NCBI GenBank assembly: GCA_026985735.1
Contig: JALSPW010000069.1
Coordinates: 1 to 51,903 of the forward strand
Direction: 5' to 3'
DNA length: 51,903 bases
Origin: Saprospiraceae bacterium
GTDB lineage: Bacteria > Bacteroidota > Bacteroidia > Chitinophagales > Saprospiraceae
Shown: piece after piece, positions 1 through 9,444 of the stretch
Layout of the letters: each line of letters opens with the position of its first letter
Numbering within the stretch: position 1 is the stretch's first letter
Notes under the pieces: model-generated
What the model was told of the DNA's origin: nothing
Database searches by the model: none
What the model saw: only the letters and a program-made list of their open reading frames with translations
Made by a program: the position numbers and the translations under genes

Positions 1-2
1 AT

Positions 3-1268
3 GAATACGGAATAAAGAAGTTGATACTCCAAAACGGAATTGAAGTTTATCTAAAAAGAACAAATTTTAAAAACAACGAAGTTAAATTTACAGCATATAG
101 TCCGGGAGGAACTTCTTTGTATGATATCAAAGATTATAATGACGCTAGGTGGGCATCAAGAGTAATCAATGAAATGGGACTTTCGGATTTCAGCAATACT
201 CAATTGGATAAATTACTGACAGGCAAACAAGTATCCGTACAACCCGGTATTTATTCATTATATGAAAACATACAAGGAGATGCATCTATTGAAGATATGG
301 AAACAATGTTTCAAATGATAAATTTATATTTCACGGCACCGCGCAAGGATATGGATGCATTTAAGTCCTTTGTCACAAGAAATACAGGTCTATATGGTAA
401 TTTACTAAAAAATCCACAATATTATTTCATCAACGAAAGCAATAAAATTAAATATGACAATAACCCCAGAGTTGGTGGCTTTCCTACGGCAGAAGAAATA
501 AATAGCTTGAATCTTGATAATTTATATAATATCTATAAAAACAGATTCGGTGATGCCGGCGATTTCAAATTCTTTTTTGTAGGAAATTTTGATGAAGAAA
601 AAATAACAAATTATATACAAAAATATCTGGGAAATTTACCTTCAAATGGAAGAAAAGAAAACTGGATAGATCGTAATATAAATTTAAAACCCGGAGTTGT
701 TAAAAAAACCATTTATTATGGCGAAGCTCCCAAAACTTATGTTGATATTACATTTCATGGTGATTTTGCATGGAACAAGGACAATGAATATGTTTTAAAC
801 TCCTTGGTGGATGTTTTGAAAATAAAATTGAGGGAATCGCTTCGTGAAGATAAAGGAGGAGTATATGGAGTAAGAGTTTACGGATATGCATCAAATGAGC
901 CAAGAGAAAGGTATATTATTAATATTTCCTTTAACAGTGACCCTGACAATACCCAAAATCTCGTTGATGCGGCTTTTCAAGTTATCAATAAATTGCAAAC
1001 GGAAGGGCCTGATGATGAGGTAATGACTAAAGTTACCGAAACTCAAAAACAATCCAAAGTAAAAAATCTAAAAGAAAACAGATATTGGTTAAATAAAATG
1101 AAATCAATAGTTCAAGATAATTTGGATTTTTCAGAAATCAAGATGGAAACTTTAGAAAAAAGAATTTCGAAATTGACTAAAGATTCCATTAAAAAAGCAG
1201 CAATAAAATATTTGAATAAAAACAATATGATTCAAATAGAAATGTTTCCTGAAAATTATAAAAAATAG
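3..1268 (+). CDS. M16 (pitrilysin/insulinase) family peptidase, C-terminal non-catalytic half. The 5' end lies outside the window.
   Basis: The frame is open from the first bases of the window, so the track start at 21 is an internal TTG. Size and composition resemble the Peptidase_M16_C half of two-domain M16 enzymes. A hairpin plus T-run follows. Confidence 0.55.
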   Translation, partial: EYGIKKLILQNGIEVYLKRTNFKNNEVKFTAYSPGGTSLYDIKDYNDARWASRVINEMGLSDFSNTQLDKLLTGKQVSVQPGIYSLYENIQGDASIEDMETMFQMINLYFTAPRKDMDAFKSFVTRNTGLYGNLLKNPQYYFINESNKIKYDNNPRVGGFPTAEEINSLNLDNLYNIYKNRFGDAGDFKFFFVGNFDEEKITNYIQKYLGNLPSNGRKENWIDRNINLKPGVVKKTIYYGEAPKTYVDITFHGDFAWNKDNEYVLNSLVDVLKIKLRESLREDKGGVYGVRVYGYASNEPRERYIINISFNSDPDNTQNLVDAAFQVINKLQTEGPDDEVMTKVTETQKQSKVKNLKENRYWLNKMKSIVQDNLDFSEIKMETLEKRISKLTKDSIKKAAIKYLNKNNMIQIEMFPENYKK

Positions 1269-1294
1269 CTTTTTCTAATAATGTTTTTAAATAA

Positions 1295-1327
1295 AGGGAT
1301 ACCTTAATGATAAAGTATCCCTTTTTT
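1295..1327 (+). terminator. Rho-independent terminator after the M16 peptidase gene
   Basis: Stem AGGGATAC (1295-1302) pairs with GTATCCCT (1315-1322), followed by a TTTTTT run, 27 nt after the stop codon. Confidence 0.6.
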
Positions 1328-1512
1328 ATAATCCATAAAGAATCAATCTTTTCCCTTTTCTCAAGCAATAAATACACAAAGTTTTTTGTTTATAAATATA
1401 TTTGATTTAATAAATCATTGCAAAATTGTAACTACTCAGGTAATCATTTTAAGAAAAAAACTCTATGCCTGAATAATTATAATTAGTATTTTTCAATCTA
1501 AACTATATTTTA

Positions 1513-3810
1513 ATGAAAAAAATACTCTTAATTGTTATTGTTTTCTTATATTTTTTCGAAATTAATGCACAAAGTCATTTGAAATTTGGGGAATGGAAAG
1601 CATATTTACCATTTAAAAACACTGTGAAAATTTCCGAAACAAAAAATAAAATTTTTTGCTCTACAAATATTTCCATGTTTTCAATAGACAAAGAAGATTT
1701 TTCAATAAATTTATATGATAAAACAAATTATCTTAATGACGTTGAGATAGCTGCGCACCGTTACGATTCATTCAACAATCAATTAATTGTGATATACAGT
1801 AATGGCAATATAGATATCATCACGGACGATGGTACTTACAACATCCCTGATATAAAAAATAATCTTTCAATACTAGGACATAAAAAAATTAATGATTTAA
1901 TCATTGCCAATCAGAAATACGCATATTTTGCTTATGATTTTGGCATTAGTCAATTTGATTTGGAAACTTTTGAATTCGGCTTCACATGTTTTACGGAATT
2001 CAACATCAATTCCGTACTGCAAGTAAATGATATTCTTTATATGGGTAGTGATGACGGAATATATAAATATGATTTCAAATCAAATGGTAATCCTGCAGAT
2101 ATATTGCAATGGGAAAAAATATTTAACGGTGTGTGTAATGATTTGGTTGAATTTAAAAATAAATTATATTTTAGAACAGAAAACGATATTTTGACCCTAC
2201 CAGATAATCAAAATTACGATACGATTTATCACAATGATAGTGACTATCAAATACAATTTTTAAACTCTTCCGAAAACTACCTGATAATCGGAGAAACAAA
2301 TCCGGACATCAATAAAAGCATGGTTAATTTCATAGATAAAACAAACAATTTAATACAAAAAGAAGGTTGTTTGTCATACGTAAGTGATGTTATTATCGAT
2401 GAGACAGGGCGGGTTTGGTATGCAGATTTATGGTCCAATTTGAAATGGTCTCAAAATATTGATAGTGAATGTAATACTATTTACATAGATGGACCACAAT
2501 CTTATGAATGCGCAGATATTGAAACAATGAATAATAATATATATATCGCTTCTGGAGGAGCAAATAAAATCAATTATACTTATGCCCATACAAGAAGTGG
2601 ATTCTATATATTCAACGGAGAAAATTGGATTAATTACCACGAATATTCGTTGCCCGTAATAGCACAAAACAATCTCAGTAATTTTCTCACAATAGAACCT
2701 GCCAAAGATGGTAAAACCGTTTATGCAGGTACATTTTGGGGTGGACTGGTAGAATTGAATACTGAGGATAATTCAACAAAGCTATGGGACAATACAAATT
2801 CCGCATTAGGTGTAGCACAAGGAGACTATTTAAGAACAAGAATTGCAGATATGCAATTTGACAGTGATAATAACCTATGGATTACAAATTTCCTATCATT
2901 GAAACCACTAGTAGTTTACACAAAGGAAGGAGACTGGTTTTCATTTGAACTCCGGAACGGGACAAACCAAGTAGCTGAAATCACAGTTGATAATAACAAC
3001 TATAAATGGTTGAAAGTGGTAAATAACGGTATCATAGTATATGATAATAATAATACAATCAATGATTATACCGATGACAGACAAATATCCATAACCAAAT
3101 CAAATATGGAAAATATGATTTCAAATAATGTAACTGCTCTTAAAACCGATTTGGATGGAAATGTTTGGGTCGGCACTGACCAGGGGCCTATAGTTTTTGA
3201 ATGTACAAGTGGTATTTTTGAGGGTAACTGTACGCCAACAAGAAAAAAAACCGTATTGGAAGGCATACCTGCTTATGTTTTGGACAAAGTGAATATTACT
3301 AGCATTGAAATTGACGGAGCCAATAGAAAATGGATTGGAAGTACCAGTGGGTTATATGTATTATCATCAAGCGGTGAAGATGAGATTATGCATTTTACTG
3401 TTGACAATAGTCCCTTATTTGCCAACATAATCACGTCTTTGGCATACAATGGAAATACGGGAGAAATGATTATCGGTACCAGTAAGGGAGTTCTCAGTTT
3501 CAAAACCAAAACAACTGAAGGAAAGATCAGAAACAGTTCAGCTGCATATGTTTTCCCAAATCCTGTTCCTCCTGATTATTCCGGTGCTATTGCTATTAAA
3601 GGATTGGCCAGGGATGCTAACGTAAAAATCGTTGATATTACTGGCAGTTTAGTATTTGAGACAAAAGCACTGGGAGGTCAGGCTATTTGGAATGGAAAAG
3701 ATCTTCACGGCAATAGAGTAGGATCCGGAGTGTACATAGTCTATAGTACCGGAAAAACAAGTTTTGATGAACCGGAAGCGATTGCCTTAAAGATTTTCTT
3801 TATCAAATAG
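1513..3810 (+). CDS. Secreted double beta-propeller protein with a T9SS C-terminal sorting domain; PorZ-like
   Basis: Has an N-terminal signal peptide (MKKILLIVIVFLYFFEINAQ). At 765 aa it is close to PorZ in length, with two-component-regulator-propeller-like repeats. The C-terminal segment VFPNPVPPDY...GVYIVYS...LKIFFIK is typical of T9SS CTDs. Confidence 0.55.
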   Translation: MKKILLIVIVFLYFFEINAQSHLKFGEWKAYLPFKNTVKISETKNKIFCSTNISMFSIDKEDFSINLYDKTNYLNDVEIAAHRYDSFNNQLIVIYSNGNIDIITDDGTYNIPDIKNNLSILGHKKINDLIIANQKYAYFAYDFGISQFDLETFEFGFTCFTEFNINSVLQVNDILYMGSDDGIYKYDFKSNGNPADILQWEKIFNGVCNDLVEFKNKLYFRTENDILTLPDNQNYDTIYHNDSDYQIQFLNSSENYLIIGETNPDINKSMVNFIDKTNNLIQKEGCLSYVSDVIIDETGRVWYADLWSNLKWSQNIDSECNTIYIDGPQSYECADIETMNNNIYIASGGANKINYTYAHTRSGFYIFNGENWINYHEYSLPVIAQNNLSNFLTIEPAKDGKTVYAGTFWGGLVELNTEDNSTKLWDNTNSALGVAQGDYLRTRIADMQFDSDNNLWITNFLSLKPLVVYTKEGDWFSFELRNGTNQVAEITVDNNNYKWLKVVNNGIIVYDNNNTINDYTDDRQISITKSNMENMISNNVTALKTDLDGNVWVGTDQGPIVFECTSGIFEGNCTPTRKKTVLEGIPAYVLDKVNITSIEIDGANRKWIGSTSGLYVLSSSGEDEIMHFTVDNSPLFANIITSLAYNGNTGEMIIGTSKGVLSFKTKTTEGKIRNSSAAYVFPNPVPPDYSGAIAIKGLARDANVKIVDITGSLVFETKALGGQAIWNGKDLHGNRVGSGVYIVYSTGKTSFDEPEAIALKIFFIK

Positions 3811-3837
3811 TGTCTTTTAGAAGCAATAAACTTGGGT

Positions 3838-5490
3838 TTAAAACCCTAAATTAAATCCGAAATTAAACGTATGATTTTCACCCTGATAAAATTCAGGTGT
3901 GAATATTTTCATATCCTGTCCTTGTGCTTTGTTATATTGATATCCTGCTTTAAAAAAACAATTATATGCAAATTCATATTGCAATAAAAAACTAAAAGAT
4001 GTATTTTCCCATAATACCTGTTTCATAAACGGATAAGTTATTGCGACATTTCCATGATTATATTGGTATGATTTCCCATGTCGTGCATGAGTATATTCCC
4101 CTTTTATTAAAAATCGTGATAAGGGTTTATAACCTATGACAAAAAACAATTCATCGGAATTGGATCTTAAATAATGTCCCATATTATATCCACTTGTTTC
4201 AAATGTCGTAGTACTAATGTAGTGCTCATAAACAATTGGACGCGTTCTTGTATATTCGGCAATAAAATAAAGATTATCAAGTAAACTACCGCTGTTTTTT
4301 ACTCCAACTTTATAGCCGAAAGGATTATATTTACCGGGTTCTTTAATCCTGGCTAATTTTAGTTCATCAATAAATAATGTCCCGTAAAAATGAAAATGTT
4401 TTAATCTTCGGATACTAATATCCATAAACATTTGGGAATTTTGTCCTACACCTTTTCCGGCACTATCCGTTGAATTTAGCCAATGATCAACCGGTTTATA
4501 AAATAAAAAAGGTATCAAATATGCGGGATGAGGATTCATATCACTATAAACAATCGAATTTCCAAATGAAAAATTTATTTTTCTAAAAGGTGTTACTGTG
4601 AACATATTTGCAGCAATATATTTTGGATGCATAACATCACGTCTGTTCCCATTGCTTGTAGTATATGAACGAATACTATCTATAACATTTGACACCAACC
4701 ACCCATGAAAGTAATTAAAATCAAACCATTTAACAGGTTTTATATGAAGTTTCAGTTGTGCTATCGAGGGTGGTTTGGAAGAAAAAATATTAGCTCCGTT
4801 ATAATTGTTTCCCCATTGCAAATGGTCTTTCACCAGACTTACCGAACCCCAATTCCAAGAATAAGCTATTCCTCCTCTCATTTCACTATAATCACCCCCT
4901 CCTGCTTTTCTTCCTTTATAATTTCCTCCTTCATCTCGAGTGAAATATATTTTATTGGAAAGAATTGCAGAAACATTGTTATCTCTAAGACTCGCCCAAG
5001 CGCTAAAATTATTTCCTACTATCATTTTAAAGGCAGCACCACCCCACCGGTGAAAATTCAAGCCTTTATTATTTTTAAGATACTGAATTCCCCAAATAGG
5101 CCTAATAGACATATAAAACAACGAATCCCTATAATTAAATTCAGGGGGGAGAATACCTAAATGCCATTTATCCAAAACATTACTTATCAACGGAATATCA
5201 AAATAATTTAGCATATAGTTGTCTAAATATGAGAATTCCGACAAATAGAAATTAAGTTCTTTTTTTTGTCTTGTATTCAGTTTATCCCTTTTATTATTTG
5301 CTTTTTTCAGACATTGAAAAACATACAAGTCAGAATAAGGTTTAACAACACTATTAAGGTCAATTATACTTTCATTTGCCAGTTCATCCAAAAAATCATA
5401 AATATTCGTTTCGGAAACATGTACGGGAATTTCTTGAGAATCACCATGAAAAAACACAAAACTTAATAGTACTAAGTAAATAAATTTCAT
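3838..5490 (-). CDS. Outer-membrane beta-barrel protein, capsule assembly Wzi-like
   Basis: Start moved to the ATG at 5490 (MKFIYLVLLSFVFFHG signal peptide), which removes the overlap with the upstream gene. It has a helical N-terminal region (YDFLDELANESIID), Gly/aromatic-rich strands and a terminal Phe (NLGF). It is the last gene of the wza-wzc string. Confidence 0.5.
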   Translation of the reverse strand: MKFIYLVLLSFVFFHGDSQEIPVHVSETNIYDFLDELANESIIDLNSVVKPYSDLYVFQCLKKANNKRDKLNTRQKKELNFYLSEFSYLDNYMLNYFDIPLISNVLDKWHLGILPPEFNYRDSLFYMSIRPIWGIQYLKNNKGLNFHRWGGAAFKMIVGNNFSAWASLRDNNVSAILSNKIYFTRDEGGNYKGRKAGGGDYSEMRGGIAYSWNWGSVSLVKDHLQWGNNYNGANIFSSKPPSIAQLKLHIKPVKWFDFNYFHGWLVSNVIDSIRSYTTSNGNRRDVMHPKYIAANMFTVTPFRKINFSFGNSIVYSDMNPHPAYLIPFLFYKPVDHWLNSTDSAGKGVGQNSQMFMDISIRRLKHFHFYGTLFIDELKLARIKEPGKYNPFGYKVGVKNSGSLLDNLYFIAEYTRTRPIVYEHYISTTTFETSGYNMGHYLRSNSDELFFVIGYKPLSRFLIKGEYTHARHGKSYQYNHGNVAITYPFMKQVLWENTSFSFLLQYEFAYNCFFKAGYQYNKAQGQDMKIFTPEFYQGENHTFNFGFNLGF

Positions 5491-5500
5491 ATCGGTATTA

Positions 5501-5911
5501 CTATTTTTTCTTTTTGAAAATCGAAAAAATCCCGGGTTTTCTATTATCCAAACTATATAGAACATCCTGACCGGAAATAATCTGATAAATTTTTCCCCAG
5601 CCGGGAAAACCACCAACATTACGATCGTCAATAAAAATATCAGCTTTGATTTTCCTTGGAATTTGAGGTGAATAATCTTCTTCCGGATAGTTTTTATTTA
5701 CAGCATAAAATTCAACACCATTTTTTCTGCAAAATTCTATAGCTTCATCGAGCTTTTCTCCTGAACGAAAAGTCCACAACACAAGTCTGTACCCATCAGC
5801 TTGCAACATTTTTAAAGATTCAAAAGCATACATCATCGGTTTCCCTATCGAAGGATATTTGTCTTCAACTATGGTTCCATCAAAATCTACGGCTATTATT
5901 TTACTATTCAT
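5501..5911 (-). CDS. Small HAD-superfamily phosphatase-fold protein (136 aa)
   Basis: HAD motif I DFDGT at residues 9-13 and a C-terminal IDD motif. No cap domain and no signal peptide. Sits between wzc and the wzi-like gene on the same strand. Confidence 0.5.
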   Translation of the reverse strand: MNSKIIAVDFDGTIVEDKYPSIGKPMMYAFESLKMLQADGYRLVLWTFRSGEKLDEAIEFCRKNGVEFYAVNKNYPEEDYSPQIPRKIKADIFIDDRNVGGFPGWGKIYQIISGQDVLYSLDNRKPGIFSIFKKKK

Positions 5912-5931
5912 TATTGTAAAAAGCTATATTA

Positions 5932-8319
5932 TCAAAAGAATTTCCACCAAGGCTTTTTCTTTTCTCTTCCATATCCGTATCCGTATCCATATCCGTAGCC
6001 ATATCCGTATCCGTATCCTTTTTTATAATTAGTCCCATTCAAAAGCAGCCCCATTTCAGGCAATCTATGATCATTATATAACATTTCAGCAATATTCAGC
6101 ATTCTTTTATCCAAATAATTTGCTTTTACGACGTAGATAGTCATATCGACATAATCGTTCAATAACAATGTATCGGAGACCATTCCTACCGGAGCAGAAT
6201 CAACAATAATAAAATCATATTGATCTTTCAATTTTTCAAAAAGAATTTTAACTGAATCCCTCATTAAAACTTCTGCAGGATTCGGAGGTATTTCACCGGA
6301 GGTTAAAATATCCAGATTTTCAACTTTGTTAGAATGAATTATCGCTCTTTCAATATCATAATCGGGATCAATAAGGAAATTAGTAATTCCGGTATGTGTT
6401 TCCAAACCAAGATATTTATTGATCTTAGGCACCCTCAAATCCATTCCTAACAGTAACACTTTTTTACCAGTCAAAGCTAATGAAGCTGCCAGATTAACAG
6501 CAACAAATGTTTTTCCTTCCTTATTAATAGTTGAAGTAATTAAAATGGTATTACCTTTATCCTTTTTTTGTCGCAGCATAAAGTTAACATTGGTTCTTAA
6601 CAACCTGAATGCTTCGGATACATTTGTATTTTTTTCTGGTGCAACAAGATATTTTTTAGATGATATTTCGGGTATTTCCCCTATAAACGGTACAGGTATT
6701 TTATCCAAATCTTTTTTAGTATGAACCTTTACATCAAGAAGTTCCAAAATATATAATATAATAACCGGAAATGCAAATCCCAAAAGCAATCCTATGAGAT
6801 AGATAATCTTTGATTTTGGACTTACCGGTCCACCGGAACTATAGGCTCTATCTAAAATTTTGGAATTGCTAACGGTAATTGATTTTTGGATAGCTGTTTC
6901 TTCTCGTTTCTGAAGAAGATATAAATAGAGATCCTCTACAATTTTTCTTCTTCTCTCAATAACCGCAAGTCTAAGAGATTGTTTAGGGATAGACTTAATC
7001 CTGGATTTAAAATCCTGAGTTTCCTGATGCATATCCTCAAGCGTTATCTTAAGGGAATTTCTAAATGTTAAAAGACTGGCATTCAAATTATTCCTCAAAT
7101 TTTCTATTTGAGCATCAAGATTAACTATTGAGGGGTTTTTTAATGTTGATCCGTTTTTAAGCAATTTATTTCTCAACAATACCAATTCATTGAAATTATT
7201 TATCAAATTTTCTATTGCAGGAGCAGAAATTCCCAAATTTGAAGGGACGAGATCCGATTTGTCCTTATGGGTTTTAAGATAATCTATAATAAAATCGACA
7301 AGAGTAATCTGAGTATTTATTTCACTTACTTTCTTGGTTGACTCAGTAATATTTTGAAGAAATATATTTGATTCCGCAGCCAGATCTGTCAAACTATTAG
7401 AACTTTTAAAAGAGGCCATGCTGTTATCCAGCTTATTCAATTCCTCTTTTATAACCTTAAGGCGTTCTTCGATAAAATTTAGCGTATTATTTGATACTTT
7501 GTTTTTATCATTTATAGCATCCTGCTGATGTTGGTAAATCAAATTATTAAGAATATCTATAGCTTTCCGTGCATTTGCATCTTTGATATTCAAAGTTAAA
7601 ACTTTTGTTCTTTCTTCGGCTTTTTGAACATTGATTCTTGATTTAAGGCTACGTGCCATGATTTCAACCGGTTTAATAACTATTTTATAATCCCGTCCAA
7701 TGTTACTGCTATAGCTCTTCCCCGGAGTAAAAATCACATCTCCAAATGACAATTTTACTATCTGACCTAAATCAACTTTAATAGTGTCGCCTTTTTCCTC
7801 ATTGTAAAGCAACAAAGTATTTTCGGATTTTATTTTAACATAAAACGTAGTATCAACAAGGTTAAATAATGAATCGGTAATTAAATAATTCATATCGACG
7901 GGCGCATCTTTATAAAGTGGAATTTCTTTTAATCCAAATCTTTTTCTATAGGTTCCCAGATTCAAATATGAAATATTCAAATCCAAATCTTCCACAACTT
8001 TCTCCAGCAAGATATTTGATTTTAGGATATAAATTTGATTTACGGCATTTCTATTTCCTCCGGTTGCAATTCCGATATCTTCAAAAGCAGATAATTCAGA
8101 CCCGATACCATCGGATTTTTTATCCTTAATCAAAATAGACGCATTTGCTTCATAAATAGGTAAAGCATATCTAAGATAAAGATAGGCTCCCCCTAAGAAA
8201 ATCAGCAAACTAAGAATAAACCACGGCCAAAACCTTAGATACTTATCCAATAACTCTCTGATGTTTATTTCATCATCCGTATTTTGATTTAAAGGATTAT
8301 TATTAAATTCAAATTCCAT
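5932..8319 (-). CDS. wzc: Polysaccharide co-polymerase / BY-kinase (Wzc/GumC-type tyrosine autokinase)
   Basis: Wzz-like N-terminus with a TM helix, a long coiled-coil periplasmic region and a second TM. Walker A is NKEGKT, Walker A' is LLLGMDLR and Walker B is FIIVDSAP. The C-terminal Tyr cluster is (GY)8. Confidence 0.85.
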   Translation of the reverse strand: MEFEFNNNPLNQNTDDEINIRELLDKYLRFWPWFILSLLIFLGGAYLYLRYALPIYEANASILIKDKKSDGIGSELSAFEDIGIATGGNRNAVNQIYILKSNILLEKVVEDLDLNISYLNLGTYRKRFGLKEIPLYKDAPVDMNYLITDSLFNLVDTTFYVKIKSENTLLLYNEEKGDTIKVDLGQIVKLSFGDVIFTPGKSYSSNIGRDYKIVIKPVEIMARSLKSRINVQKAEERTKVLTLNIKDANARKAIDILNNLIYQHQQDAINDKNKVSNNTLNFIEERLKVIKEELNKLDNSMASFKSSNSLTDLAAESNIFLQNITESTKKVSEINTQITLVDFIIDYLKTHKDKSDLVPSNLGISAPAIENLINNFNELVLLRNKLLKNGSTLKNPSIVNLDAQIENLRNNLNASLLTFRNSLKITLEDMHQETQDFKSRIKSIPKQSLRLAVIERRRKIVEDLYLYLLQKREETAIQKSITVSNSKILDRAYSSGGPVSPKSKIIYLIGLLLGFAFPVIILYILELLDVKVHTKKDLDKIPVPFIGEIPEISSKKYLVAPEKNTNVSEAFRLLRTNVNFMLRQKKDKGNTILITSTINKEGKTFVAVNLAASLALTGKKVLLLGMDLRVPKINKYLGLETHTGITNFLIDPDYDIERAIIHSNKVENLDILTSGEIPPNPAEVLMRDSVKILFEKLKDQYDFIIVDSAPVGMVSDTLLLNDYVDMTIYVVKANYLDKRMLNIAEMLYNDHRLPEMGLLLNGTNYKKGYGYGYGYGYGYGYGYGREKKKPWWKFF

Positions 8320-8351
8320 AATTATTTAACTATTTTTTCAATATAAAAAAT

Positions 8352-9152
8352 CTATTTAGATATCGAAATAATCGATACAATTAATAAGCCTAAAGAAACA
8401 AGAGAGGAAACAACCGAAAAAGCAATTGAGGTACTCTTACCAAAAGAAGAATCTCTGATTAAGGCTTTGTTAGGTTCTACATATATTACATCATTTTGTG
8501 CTAAAAAATATACAGGAGATAGAAATACATCATCATTTGTTAAATTCACTCTATATTTATACTGTTCTCCCCCTATATCCCTAATCACTAATACATTGTC
8601 ACGTTTGCCCGATATTGTCATATCGCCGGCCAGCCCCAAAGCTTCCGGCAAGGTAATACGTTCATTTTGGACGACATAGGTTCCCGGACGCTTAACTTCT
8701 CCTAATACTGTAATTTTAAAATTAGTCAACCTTATATTCACAATAGGCTTCTCTATATACTCTTTTAGCTTTTTCACAAGTATTTCAGTTGCTTCATTTC
8801 TTGTCAATCCTGCCATATGAATTTTCCCCAATACAGGAAAATCAATATCTCCTCTCACGTCAATAAGATAATCCTGCAATCTTTGAGCTCCTGAAAGCCT
8901 ACCGTCTGCTGCATTAAAACTAACAACAGGCATATTAAAAGGTCTAACCGATTCCAAATCCGATGCAGATACTGTAATAGTAATAATATCACCGGGATGA
9001 AAAACGATATTATATTTTTGATTTGTAATCAAAACAGTATCTTTTTCCGAATCTTGAAAATATGTTATTTCTTTTTTTGAAACACAAGAGTTCAAACCAA
9101 TAAGAAATATTAATAAAAATAAAACTATCAAATATTTTGAATTCATTATCAT
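8352..9152 (-). CDS. wza: Polysaccharide export outer-membrane protein (Wza family: Poly_export + SLBB)
   Basis: Lipoprotein-like signal (LIGLNSC), the PGDIITITV Poly_export motif, the SLBB-like VTVLGEVKRPGTY motif and a C-terminal TM helix. Lies immediately upstream of wzc. Confidence 0.8.
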   Translation of the reverse strand: MIMNSKYLIVLFLLIFLIGLNSCVSKKEITYFQDSEKDTVLITNQKYNIVFHPGDIITITVSASDLESVRPFNMPVVSFNAADGRLSGAQRLQDYLIDVRGDIDFPVLGKIHMAGLTRNEATEILVKKLKEYIEKPIVNIRLTNFKITVLGEVKRPGTYVVQNERITLPEALGLAGDMTISGKRDNVLVIRDIGGEQYKYRVNLTNDDVFLSPVYFLAQNDVIYVEPNKALIRDSSFGKSTSIAFSVVSSLVSLGLLIVSIISISK

Positions 9153-9380
9153 ATTTTTATTATTTAATTTTTTGCCTCAACCTATAAAAATTTTATTTAA
9201 AATACATATTAGTACTCAGACGAAGTTCTTTTGAAATATTAATTTAAGATTTACTCATCAGCCGATACATTGAAATAAAAAATAAATTTTCAACTCAATA
9301 TAATCAACTATGCAGTTATAAATACCATTTAAATTTAAAAATATCACGAAGTTACTAAATTCTTAAGAAATTATTATTTT

Positions 9381-9416
9381 TTTTTAATAAAAAAGCCTCT
9401 TAATGAAAAGAGGCCT
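9381..9416 (-). terminator. Rho-independent terminator after the OmpA-family gene
   Basis: GCCTCTT (9395-9401) pairs with AAGAGGC (9408-9414). The A-run on the plus strand gives a T-run on the minus strand, about 30 nt past the stop. Confidence 0.6.
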
Positions 9417-9444
9417 TTATATTTAAAAAATTTTCTTCTATGTA

